Shown here: positions 8,696 through 17,495 of the stretch, piece after piece | Layout of the letters: every line of letters starts with the position of its first letter | How positions within the stretch are numbered: the stretch's first letter is position 1 | Assembly (NCBI GenBank): GCA_025449535.1 | Contig: JANWJF010000001.1 | Coordinates: forward strand, 549,136 to 613,135 | From: Candidatus Saccharimonadia bacterium | GTDB lineage: Bacteria; Patescibacteriota; SICC01 | DNA: 64,000 bases | Direction: 5' to 3' | Made by a program: the position numbers and the translations under genes | Notes under the pieces: model-generated | Seen by the model: the letters and a program-made list of their open reading frames with translations, nothing else | Database searches by the model: none | What the model was told of the DNA's origin: nothing

Positions 8696-9861
8696 GCGTC
8701 CGGATCGCCGTCAACGGGCTGTTCCTCGGCCGACCGCACACCGGCATGGGACGATACACCCTCGGGTTGCTCAAGGCGCTGCCCGCCGCGATGAAGGATG
8801 CCGAGTTCGTCGTCTTCGTGCCGGACAAGCCGGACCCGTCCCTGAAGCTGCCGCCAGGGGTTCGGGCCGTCGTCGTACCGACCAAACGCTCCCTCCTTGG
8901 CCGTGGCAAGGCGGTCGACGAGTGGGAACGGAACAAGCTCGGCCTGGCAGCCAGCCAACTTAAGGCGCACCTGATCTTCCAACCGTACCCGACCCCGCCG
9001 ACCCGGAACCCGTACCAGGTCCCGGTCGCGATGGCGGTGCACGACATGATCCCCTGGCAGCTGTCGCGCTACCGTCGTTCGCTGCGCAGCCGTCTGAAGC
9101 TCCGCGGGGTACTCGACGGCATCCGCCGGGCGGACCGTATCGTCACCGTCAGCCGGGCATCCGCCGGGGCGGTCACTTGGGCGAGCAAGGTGCCGGCCGA
9201 CCGGATCAGCGTCACGTACGAAGGGTTGGAGCCGGAGTACTCCCGGAGGCCGTCCGCCGCCGCGATCGCCGCGGCCCGGAAGCGCTACGGTCTGCAGCGG
9301 CCGTTCGTGTTCTATATCGGCGGCTACGACTTCCGGAAGAACGTCCGAGGGCTGATCGAAGGATTCGCCGCGTCCGGACTGGCCGGCGGCCACGACCTGG
9401 TCCTGGCCGGTGCCGTGACCGCCCCGGCCTCGGCGCTGTACGAGGACTTCCACAAGCTGCCCCAGCTGATCGCCCAGGCCGGCATCGGCGGGCGGACCAA
9501 GGTGCTCGGGTTCGTCTCGGAGGGCGAGAAGCGGGCCCTGCTGGCGGCGGCGGATTCGTTCGCGTTCCCGTCACTGGCGGAAGGCTTCGGGCTTCCGGTC
9601 CTCGAGGCCCTGGCCGCCAAGACGCCCGTCGCCGCGACGGACATCGCCACCAACCAGGAGCTGTTTCCCGGCGCCTACGAGCCGTTCCGGCCGGACCAGA
9701 CGGAGGAGCTCGCGAAGGCGCTCCGGGACGCGACACTGGAGCCGGACTCTGCCAAGGTCGCGCGGGGCACGGAGGCCGTCTCGCGGTACACGTGGTCCGC
9801 CTGCGCGGAGCGCACCGCCCGGGTGTTTTCGGAAATGGTCGCCAGATACCATAAAAAATGA
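8692..9861 (+). CDS. glycosyltransferase family 4 (GT-B, group 1)
   Basis: The EGFGLPVLEALAAKTPVAATD motif is the GT1/GT4 EX7E region. 389 aa. Confidence 0.85.
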   Translation: MSVRIAVNGLFLGRPHTGMGRYTLGLLKALPAAMKDAEFVVFVPDKPDPSLKLPPGVRAVVVPTKRSLLGRGKAVDEWERNKLGLAASQLKAHLIFQPYPTPPTRNPYQVPVAMAVHDMIPWQLSRYRRSLRSRLKLRGVLDGIRRADRIVTVSRASAGAVTWASKVPADRISVTYEGLEPEYSRRPSAAAIAAARKRYGLQRPFVFYIGGYDFRKNVRGLIEGFAASGLAGGHDLVLAGAVTAPASALYEDFHKLPQLIAQAGIGGRTKVLGFVSEGEKRALLAAADSFAFPSLAEGFGLPVLEALAAKTPVAATDIATNQELFPGAYEPFRPDQTEELAKALRDATLEPDSAKVARGTEAVSRYTWSACAERTARVFSEMVARYHKK

Positions 9862-9915
9862 CGCTTGCGGTATCCAACGTAGCGACCGTATACTTTAAAC
9901 GTTAACGGAATACCC

Positions 9916-11151
9916 GTGCCGAACATCCAAAAGAAAATCAAGGGACTGAAGCCGGACGTCCGCAAGTGGTCGAAGCGGCATAAGGTCGTCGTCGGCATCC
10001 TGGCGGCGCTGGTGCTGCTGTACGTCGTCTACGGCATCATCCTCTATGCCACCGGCGGCAGCGACGGGCTGACCCGGTTCGTCTCCAACTTCGCGTACTA
10101 TCCGGCCGCCAAGGTGTTCGCTCCCGGCTTCTGGCCGTTCTTCCTGGGCAGCATCGTCGCCACCGCCATCCTGATCGGATCGGTCGGCCGACTGGCGTAC
10201 CTGTTGATCGGCAAGGGCAAGACGGCCCGCGACGACCTGCTTATCCCGGGTGCCCTGGTCGTGCTCAGTGCGGTCAGCCTGGCCTGGTTGCCGCCCGTCA
10301 CCTCGGCGACGGTCAGCTACGGCGAGTTCCTCGAGCGCGTCGCCACTTTCGACAAGATCCAGTCCGCCCAGCAACAGGCCCAGGGGCTTCCCGCCCAGCA
10401 GGACGCGACGATTCGGCCGTTCGCCCTCCAGCAACTGATCCAACAACGGCTGGTCCAGCAGGTCGGCACGAAGCTCGGCATCTCGGTCAGCGACCAGAAG
10501 GTCGACGAGGCCTACAAGGAGCAAGCCCAGCGTGTGCAGGGCGAGAAGGAGTTCAAGCGGTTACTCAAGGAACGCTTGGGCTGGTCACCGCGCGAGTACA
10601 AGCAGGAGCTCCGCACCAACGTCCTGCTGCAGGAAGCGCTGAACGAGAAGATTACCACCGATCCGAAGCTCAACAAGGACGCCAAGGATAAGGCGGACAA
10701 GGCGCTGCAGGCGCTCAAGGACGGCCAGAGTTTCGCGGCCGTCGCCAAGAAGTATTCCGAGGACCCGACCGCCAGCAAGGGCGGCGCCCAAGGCAAGGTG
10801 AAGCGCGGCGAGCTGGATCCGGCGATCGAGAAGGAAGCCTTCGCGCTGAAGGTCGGCGGCACCAGTAACGTGATCAACGCCCGCCAAGGCTTCGTGATCA
10901 TCAAGGTGAACTCACGGAACGAGCAGACGGTCGACCTCAGCCAGATCCTGGTCGTCGGCAAGAGCGTCACCACGTACTTCCAGGAGATCCTGCCGAAGAC
11001 CAAGGTCTGGGTGATGGTGGACGGGTTGCGCTGGGACAAGACCCTGTTCGTCGTCCAGTCGACCGAACCGCAGCCGCAACAGCAGTTGCCGCAGGTCCAA
11101 GGATCGGGCGCTCCGGCCCCGGCCCAGTCCGGCGCCCCGGCCGCCCGATAG
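9916..11151 (+). CDS. membrane-anchored PpiC/parvulin-type peptidyl-prolyl isomerase (PrsA/SurA-like)
   Basis: N-terminal TM segment. The parvulin core is FAAVAKKYSEDPTASKGGAQGKVKRGELDPAIEKEAFALKVGGTSNVINARQGFVIIKV. The C-terminus is Gln/Pro-rich. Confidence 0.8.
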   Translation: MPNIQKKIKGLKPDVRKWSKRHKVVVGILAALVLLYVVYGIILYATGGSDGLTRFVSNFAYYPAAKVFAPGFWPFFLGSIVATAILIGSVGRLAYLLIGKGKTARDDLLIPGALVVLSAVSLAWLPPVTSATVSYGEFLERVATFDKIQSAQQQAQGLPAQQDATIRPFALQQLIQQRLVQQVGTKLGISVSDQKVDEAYKEQAQRVQGEKEFKRLLKERLGWSPREYKQELRTNVLLQEALNEKITTDPKLNKDAKDKADKALQALKDGQSFAAVAKKYSEDPTASKGGAQGKVKRGELDPAIEKEAFALKVGGTSNVINARQGFVIIKVNSRNEQTVDLSQILVVGKSVTTYFQEILPKTKVWVMVDGLRWDKTLFVVQSTEPQPQQQLPQVQGSGAPAPAQSGAPAAR

Positions 11152-11224
11152 CCGCTATCGCCACTCGGTGAATAATCCCGATATACTGGTACGGTATGCG
11201 TTTCGCATACGTGCACCTTCGGGG

Positions 11225-11285
11225 CCGTACTTCGTACGTCCCCTCGTCACTCGGAAATGATCAAGCAAGCTTGTCATTTCTCTCG
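11225..11285 (+). promoter_or_regulatory. conserved two-hairpin module upstream of tRNA-Asp (ccgtacTTCgtacg … TCGGAAATG-palindrome-CATTTCTCTCG)
   Basis: The same architecture recurs before three other tRNA genes (see findings). Confidence 0.5.
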
Positions 11286-11291
11286 TTCCTC

Positions 11292-11366
11292 GGGGGCGTA
11301 GCTCAGTCTGGTTAGAGCGCCTGCCTGTCACGCAGGAGGTCGCCGGTTCGAGTCCGGTCGTCCCCG
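11292..11366 (+). tRNA. tRNA-Asp (anticodon GTC)
   Basis: Acceptor GGGGGCG/CGTCCCC and anticodon loop ctGTCac. CCA is not encoded. Confidence 0.9.
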
Positions 11367-11390
11367 CATAAGTGGTCTAATATAAAACCC

Positions 11391-11912
11391 ATGCCATTGA
11401 TTTACGTTATGGGAGTTAACGGCTCCGGCAAGTCGACAGTGAGAAAAGAGCTGAGTGCTCGCGGGTACCAAGCGCACGAATTGGATGAGGCTCCTGGGGT
11501 CGGCTTTTACAACAAGCGAACCGGGAAAAAGACTCCGCTAGGAGCGAGAACAAAGGCATGGTATGACCAGCATGAATGGATTATGCCTCGTGAAAAGGCA
11601 GAAGAATTTGCAGCTCGTGCTAAAAATGAGTTGATTTTCCTCTGTGGTGGCGTACATAACGAAAAAGACCTTTGGGATCTCTTTGACGTTGCTATCTATT
11701 TGGACATCGATGAACCGACTGTTCTTAAGCGTGTCAGGGAGCGGTCCAAAGGGACGGGAAAAGCTCCCGCGGAATTAGCCGAGCTTCTAAGGTGGCACGC
11801 AATCGCCAAGGACATTTACCTGAAACGAGGAGCAAAAATTGTAAACTCCGCGCAGCCAATCAAGAAGGTAGTTGATGACGTTTTGTCATTCGTGCCATTA
11901 GTTAAAGACTGA
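11391..11912 (+). CDS. P-loop NTPase / small nucleotide-kinase-like protein in a lower-GC insert
   Basis: Walker A VMGVNGSGKST and a DxD-like FDVAIYLDID motif. 173 aa. GC is visibly lower than the flanks. Confidence 0.6.
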   Translation: MPLIYVMGVNGSGKSTVRKELSARGYQAHELDEAPGVGFYNKRTGKKTPLGARTKAWYDQHEWIMPREKAEEFAARAKNELIFLCGGVHNEKDLWDLFDVAIYLDIDEPTVLKRVRERSKGTGKAPAELAELLRWHAIAKDIYLKRGAKIVNSAQPIKKVVDDVLSFVPLVKD

Positions 11913-11913
11913 T

Positions 11914-11940
11914 AACGGTTCGAATCCGGTTGTCCCCGCC
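11914..11940 (+). repeat. direct repeat of the tRNA-Asp 3' end (att-like remnant)
   Basis: acggttcgaatccggttgtccccgcca matches tRNA-Asp 11342-11366 (cggttcgagtccggtcgtccccgc) with 2 mismatches. Confidence 0.7.
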
Positions 11941-11952
11941 ACAAAATCTGAA

Positions 11953-12366
11953 TTACATCAGGTCTTCTAGCTGTTCAGGAGTAAGCCGTAGTACAACGAA
12001 GGCACCAGAACCCTTAACCAGGTTCGCAGAATGGATGACGTCGGGCGGAATGACTATGACGGCAGGTGATTCTACTTCGCGCTCTTCTTCTCCCACGCGA
12101 ATTCGATACACTAATTCACCCGGGGCTCCAGCTAGTACATTTACCTCAGGAAAGGGGTGTGTATGAGCAATTCCGTATTTTCGTTCTTCTTGAGGGGCAC
12201 CGTCAACGACATGAACTGCAGTGTAAAGCGGCTCACCAGCAAAGTAGCGGCGAATATCAGCGTTGTCGCCATACCCTGCTCGCTCTCCTGTATGGTCCCG
12301 GATATGCGAAATGGGTGTTTCTTCTAGGGGCACAACCACTGATTCAAAACCTTTAGAATGAGTCAT
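11953..12366 (-). CDS. cupin-domain protein
   Basis: 137 aa with His-rich motifs (HTHPFPEVNVL, VIHSANL) typical of the cupin metal site. GC is lower than the flanks. Confidence 0.55.
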   Translation of the reverse strand: MTHSKGFESVVVPLEETPISHIRDHTGERAGYGDNADIRRYFAGEPLYTAVHVVDGAPQEERKYGIAHTHPFPEVNVLAGAPGELVYRIRVGEEEREVESPAVIVIPPDVIHSANLVKGSGAFVVLRLTPEQLEDLM

Positions 12367-12423
12367 GATGACCGGGGTTAATGACAGCTTAATTTACCAC
12401 TGTTAAGTCAAAAACAAAAGTAA

Positions 12424-13092
12424 TTATTGAGATCTTGGCCTTCTATTCCAGCTCCGCGCCAGGTGGCGCATCTTGGAGTGCCGGGCCAGCAGGGCGAGCG
12501 AGAGAATCGTGACGGCCGCGCCGATCAGCGCCGTCAGCCAGGGGCGGCTGACCAGGAAGTTGCCCGCGTAGACGTCCGCCGCGAGCCGGGGCGCTGCGCC
12601 GGCGACAGTCGCCAGGAGGTAGGTCCTATACCGGATCCGCAGCAGTCCGGCGAAGTAGCTGTACCAATCGAACGTGAATCCGGCGAACAGCCGCAACAGC
12701 ACGATCGACTGCCAGGTGCCGAGCAGTTCGACCTCCTTGAGGTATGCCTGGTACTCTGGCTTGCCACGGAGCCAACGCTCGCCGAGCCAGCGGGCGATCC
12801 AGAAGTTGGCTGACGCGCCTATGGCCTGGGCGGCCAGGACCAGGAGCAACCCCCACAGGGGATCGAACAGCAATCCAGCGGAGATGGTCAGCGGGCGGGT
12901 CGGCAGGGGCGGGACGACCACGCTGACCGCCACGGCCGCCGCGAAGAGCAGTGGACCGAGCAGGCCGCCGTCGAGCGCGGTGCCGTATACTTCGCGCACC
13001 AATGCCGGCACTGGCAGGAGCCAGGCCGTCGCGGACAATGCGAATAAGACGCCGAGCGTCGCGACGAGCCCCAGCCAGTGCTTCCGCGGCAT
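12424..13092 (-). CDS. TVP38/TMEM64 (DedA-related) family membrane protein
   Basis: 222 aa and multi-TM. The …ISAGLLFDPLWG…GASANFWIARWLG motif is typical of the family. Confidence 0.7.
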   Translation of the reverse strand: MPRKHWLGLVATLGVLFALSATAWLLPVPALVREVYGTALDGGLLGPLLFAAAVAVSVVVPPLPTRPLTISAGLLFDPLWGLLLVLAAQAIGASANFWIARWLGERWLRGKPEYQAYLKEVELLGTWQSIVLLRLFAGFTFDWYSYFAGLLRIRYRTYLLATVAGAAPRLAADVYAGNFLVSRPWLTALIGAAVTILSLALLARHSKMRHLARSWNRRPRSQ

Positions 13093-13093
13093 G

Positions 13094-13279
13094 CTACTCT
13101 TTGACGCCCCGGAACCCGATCAGGGCGACCAGGTAGGTCACGATACAGTTGATGATGACCATCTTCAGGATCGGCAGATCGGGGTCGATCCCGATCAGGA
13201 TCGCCGTGCCGATCCAGACCGCGGAGATCACCCCGGCGGTATACGGGTACTTGATGAAGAGGATGAAGTCCTTAAGCAT
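13094..13279 (-). CDS. small two-helix membrane protein
   Basis: 61 aa and hydrophobic. It is tightly packed between the ABC1 kinase and TVP38 genes in the same orientation. Confidence 0.45.
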   Translation of the reverse strand: MLKDFILFIKYPYTAGVISAVWIGTAILIGIDPDLPILKMVIINCIVTYLVALIGFRGVKE

Positions 13280-14727
13280 GGGCGGCTCCCCGGATGTGTC
13301 CCTGCAGCTTGCTGAACAAGGCAGGATCCTTCATTGAGACGCGGTCGAGCCACGCCGCGACGACTCCCATCGCCCGGTCCGCGTCCCGGAAGCGCTTGGC
13401 GCCTTCCAATACCGCGTGGTCGGACTCGACTTGATCGATCACCGCCTTGAAGACGTCCGGCATGACCGTGAACTTGCAGTCCAGGCTGTCGACCAACACC
13501 ATGAACAGCTGTCCGGCCCGGACGAAGTTAGGCGACTCGTGGTGCAGCCGGAGGCCGAACCGGTTGTTCTCATTGATGATCCGGTCGAAGATCGTGGTCA
13601 GCATGCCCCGCTGCAGCAGGCGCTGGATGTCGTTCTGGCTGTCCCGGGAGTGGAATCGGCGACTGGCGGCCCGGCCGAGCTCGTCGAGGATGGCGTTGGC
13701 CTGGTCCCGAGCGACGTAGGAGTCCAGGACGTTGATCGCCGCGACGAGGTCCGCGGCGTAGAACCGGAGCGAGGTCACCGCGAAGGACTCGATGTCGAAG
13801 TCGCCGAGGTAGCACTTCCGGTACTCCCGCAGCATGTCGACCACCACGCCCCGATCGGTCGGCGACGGCGCGGAGATGCCGAAGTCGATCAGGCCGACCT
13901 TGTTGTCGCGCATCAGCCGGACGTTGCCCGGATGCGGGTCGCCCTGGATCGAGTCGTGCTTGAAGACGCCGTGAATCAGCTCGAATCCCAATGTCGCCAT
14001 CTGCGTATCCAGATCCGAACCGAGTTGCGCCTGGACGTATTCGGCCGGACTCTTGCCCTTGCGCTTCAGGTCGAGCAACTCGACCGCGGAGATGCCCTCG
14101 ACGTACTCCTGCACCAGGATCTTCCGGGTGGTGAGTTCGGCGAACGTCTTAGGGATTACCAGGTGCGAGTGATCCTTGTACCGTTCGTGCAGGGTAAGGC
14201 CAAAGCCCGCCTCGCGGACGTAGTTGGTCTCCCCGAGCGTCGTCTGCTTGAACTCCTTGAAGAGCATCTTGAGGTCGATCTTCACGTCAGGCTTCAGCAG
14301 GTTGATTACCCGCACCGCGAAGCCGATCAGCCGGAGGTCGAAGGAAAGGCACCGGACCAGACTCGGCCGAAGCGCCTTGATGATCACCCGGTCGCCGCTC
14401 CTGAGCCGCGCCATGTAGACCTGGCCGAAGGAGCCGCCAGCGAACGGCTGCTCGGACTCCAGCTCCAGCTGGCCGGCCTGGGCGCCCAGCTCCGCCTGGA
14501 GCATCCGGCGGATGTCGAGCGGTTCCGTGTCTACGTCCTCGTAGACGCGGAGATGGTCGACGGTCTGCCAGCGGTCGAAGAGGTCGGCGCGTAGCAGCAT
14601 CACCTGCAGGAACTTGATGTAGATGCCGCCGAGCTTGGAGAAGCCCGTGTACAACGTCTCGCCCAGTCGCAGGTCGTTCTGGGTCAGGTGGTAATATCCG
14701 ATCTTGGCGAGGACGCGGATGACGGCA
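13272..14727 (-). CDS. ABC1/UbiB/ADCK atypical kinase family protein
   Basis: The family is supported by …FGQVYMARL… and HGVFKHDSIQGDPHPGNVRLMRDNKVGLIDFGISA. The first ~88 codons of the 572-aa track ORF look non-coding, so the start is placed at MRMFRLFAVIRVLAKIG (14727). Confidence 0.75.
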
Positions 14728-15019
14728 AACAGGCGGAACATGCGCATGGTCACGCCCGCTGCAGGAACCCTAGCAAGTACAACATGAACGTGAAGGTTAC
14801 GGTGATCGCGTACAGCTCGAAGCGCGCCCCGGTATCCAGGAAGGAGGCGATCACGAGTGACGCGATCCATACAACGACGATACTGATGAGGACGAAGAGG
14901 TACTTCAAGAAAACGCGTATTTATCTTCCCCTGTGCCTCAAGGATATCACCTTTTCTCCAAGCACCTGCCACGCCTAGGTTGCAAGTCATCAGGCATGCT
15001 ATCCTTATCCGTTCGCATT

Positions 15020-17476
15020 ATGAATGAAGAGAATCCAGAGTCGGAATGGTTGACTGCCGAAGCCTCCCGGTGGGCGTTCGATGAGACCGTATGGAATCTG
15101 CTTGTAACAGCCCCACATAACCCGCAGGGCCTTACGGTTGGCAGCATGGCGGAATACGTGGCCAGGCGGTATGTCCATCGTGCACGCGGGCTGCCATCAG
15201 AACATACCGATGTCAGTAATGTGGACTTTTCCGGGTTGACCGAAAACGAGCCTTTACCTGGGCCTGAGCCCACCGAACCGGGCGCCAAGCCTGATGATTC
15301 TGGTACCGTCGACTTGGCGAAAGGCGACATCAGTCCCGAAGATCAGAAGGAAATCATGGATTCGTTGATCTTGGCAATCGCCCGGCATTACGACATCCAG
15401 CCCATCGATCTCATGATGGGTGATCGCAAACGCAAGCTCTACAAGCCCCGTCGCGTAGCCTGCTACGCGCTCCGGAACTACGCTAGGATGCCGTTCGATG
15501 ACGTCGCCAGGATCATCGGCGGAACGAGTGCATCGGCGGCATACCAGTCGGCGCTGAGAGTCCGTAGGGAAGATCTTCCTCGGGATATCGAATTACAACG
15601 TGACCTGGTCAGAATCCGCCAGGCCATCCCTCCAGAGCACCGACGTTACATTGCTGACGACGACCTGTTCGACCCGGTCGTGCTTGAAGCGACCGAAGGG
15701 GAGTTCACGCCTGGAGCAATAGAGCCAACCGAGGTCGAGAAGCCGGAAGGAATCCCGGAGGTTCCCATTGGTGACATCATTTTCGAGGTGTGCCGGCAGT
15801 TGGAGGTGACCCAGGAGCAACTGGTCGCCAAGCGGTCTCGGTACGAGAACCGACCGCTGCAAATCGCCGCTTTGCTGGCTGATGAGCTGACCGACTTTTC
15901 ACACGAGAAGATTGGAGCCGAACTGGGAGACCGGTCCGCTCCCGGTATCAAGTCATTGGTGAACCGGGCCGCCCAGGTGATTCCCGACGATCCCGAGTGG
16001 TCCGGACGTTTCCAGGCGGTCAAGGAAGCGCTGCTGATTAGGCATGGCATTCCGGTCGACGGATTGGATGGTGATTCAAGCCAGAATCCGCTGTTCGACA
16101 TGTTGGACGAACCAGGAGAACGGGATGACATCGGGCCGGTCGAAATCGCCCCCGGGGCACCGGAAGCGGCTGAACTCAGTGTCGAGCCCGATGGCCAGTC
16201 TGATGCCGACGAGGAAAAACCGGAAGTCCTGATAGGCGACGAACCGGGGGAAGAAGATGTGGCTCCGGAGGAAGTCGGCGATCCGGAAGGAACGACTGAT
16301 GGTACGGCGGCGGGTGGAGAAAAATTGGCCGAAGAAGTAACCCCGCTTGTGGACGATGAGGAAACTGATGATGAGGCACTCGGCCAGGAGACGATTGAAC
16401 TTTCTACCGAGGGAAGCCGGGCCCAATATACCGAAGAAGGTATCCAAGAGACCATCAAGGCGGTACAAGAAGGGGAAAAGGGTGCGGAAAATGATTTGCT
16501 GTCCAGCCTCCAGCCGAAGTTCGTGGGAGCTGTCGGGGGAGAACGACTTTCGGGATCCAAACGGAATGCCCGCTTAGCGGAGCTCCGCAGCGATGCATTG
16601 GTAGCTGCTAGGCGGTACGACCTTCGTGCGAAGAAACCTATCCTTGAGGCGATTGCAGAGGTGCGGGCGGAGCGGATTCTCCGGCAGGAAAGAACGCAGG
16701 AAGGACTGCAAAAATTGGTGCCTGAACCCTTGCCTGGAGAAACGGACATTGCAAGGGATATCCAAGCTGATTCCGAAGCAGCAGAGCGGCTCCTCCGACA
16801 TTACGATGGAATGATCGACGGCATCACGACCCTTTGTGTCGGCAAGAAGCTCGATGCGGAGGTGAAACAGCTGCTCCGGACGGCCGCAGAAAGCCAATTT
16901 CTGACTGCGGCGAGATACTTTCATACCAGCGGCAATGAGCATTTCGGACTCTGGTGCGCCAAGAGCATCAGCGTCGCCTTGCACAAAGAGATTGAGAAAC
17001 CCAAAGTGGCGGAGCAGCTTGATGCGGCGGAAGAGGAAGCCATCGTGGAAGAGCCGGACGAAACGACCAGTGCAGTCGAGGAACCACCTAAGACAAAACC
17101 CATCTCCACCAAGGCTCCTGTCGTCCTGCCCAAGGACCGGACCGAGCATTTGTTGCCGGTAGGATCCCTGGCGGTCATCGTAGGCAATCAGGAGGAACGG
17201 GTGACCAGGGTTAGGATCAAGGATCCGGAAAAGGACAACACCATAGTGACGAATCTCGAAATACTGGAACAAAATATCAGGGCCAATCCGCACATCATCT
17301 GTGGCACGAATTCACCTGTCCTCATCCCCCTATCGGTACTGGCACGGATACGAGAGGACGACTCGTTTAGAAAGCAATGGCTTGAGCAATGTCACAATGG
17401 GTATACTCCGGATTCGGTCCGGATGATAGAGCGCAACATCGACGCGGCATTGGCTGATCCATTGTTGGCTGCCTAG
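15020..17476 (+). CDS. large acidic protein with two DnaA domain-IV-like HTH domains and a distinct C-terminal domain (hypothetical regulator)
   Basis: Residues ~125-190 (IQPIDLMMGDRKRKLYKPRRVACYALRNYARMPFDDVARIIGGTSASAAYQ) and ~260-330 (…AKRSRYENRPLQIAALLADELTDFSHEKIGAELGDRSAPGIKSLV) match the DnaA C-terminal pattern. A long Asp/Glu-rich linker follows. GC is lower than the flanks. Confidence 0.7.
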   Translation: MNEENPESEWLTAEASRWAFDETVWNLLVTAPHNPQGLTVGSMAEYVARRYVHRARGLPSEHTDVSNVDFSGLTENEPLPGPEPTEPGAKPDDSGTVDLAKGDISPEDQKEIMDSLILAIARHYDIQPIDLMMGDRKRKLYKPRRVACYALRNYARMPFDDVARIIGGTSASAAYQSALRVRREDLPRDIELQRDLVRIRQAIPPEHRRYIADDDLFDPVVLEATEGEFTPGAIEPTEVEKPEGIPEVPIGDIIFEVCRQLEVTQEQLVAKRSRYENRPLQIAALLADELTDFSHEKIGAELGDRSAPGIKSLVNRAAQVIPDDPEWSGRFQAVKEALLIRHGIPVDGLDGDSSQNPLFDMLDEPGERDDIGPVEIAPGAPEAAELSVEPDGQSDADEEKPEVLIGDEPGEEDVAPEEVGDPEGTTDGTAAGGEKLAEEVTPLVDDEETDDEALGQETIELSTEGSRAQYTEEGIQETIKAVQEGEKGAENDLLSSLQPKFVGAVGGERLSGSKRNARLAELRSDALVAARRYDLRAKKPILEAIAEVRAERILRQERTQEGLQKLVPEPLPGETDIARDIQADSEAAERLLRHYDGMIDGITTLCVGKKLDAEVKQLLRTAAESQFLTAARYFHTSGNEHFGLWCAKSISVALHKEIEKPKVAEQLDAAEEEAIVEEPDETTSAVEEPPKTKPISTKAPVVLPKDRTEHLLPVGSLAVIVGNQEERVTRVRIKDPEKDNTIVTNLEILEQNIRANPHIICGTNSPVLIPLSVLARIREDDSFRKQWLEQCHNGYTPDSVRMIERNIDAALADPLLAA

Positions 17477-17495
17477 TCCCCGACACTTCACCAGC

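Noticed and set aside
8296-9877. Long ORFs 8296-9453 (-), 8466-9047 (-), 9177-9854 (+) and 9212-9877 (-) over the bPH/GT4 genes
   Set aside because: They overlap well-supported genes. Their translations are Arg/Pro/Gly/Ser-rich with no domain logic.
13416-14594. 392-aa plus-strand ORF antisense to the ABC1 kinase
   Set aside because: Its composition is dominated by D/E/R/V/L repeats. The sense strand carries the full kinase motif set.
15646-16749. 367-aa Ser-rich minus-strand ORF inside the acidic DnaA-C-like protein gene
   Set aside because: It is the antisense reading of a GAn-rich acidic linker, with no start context or domain.
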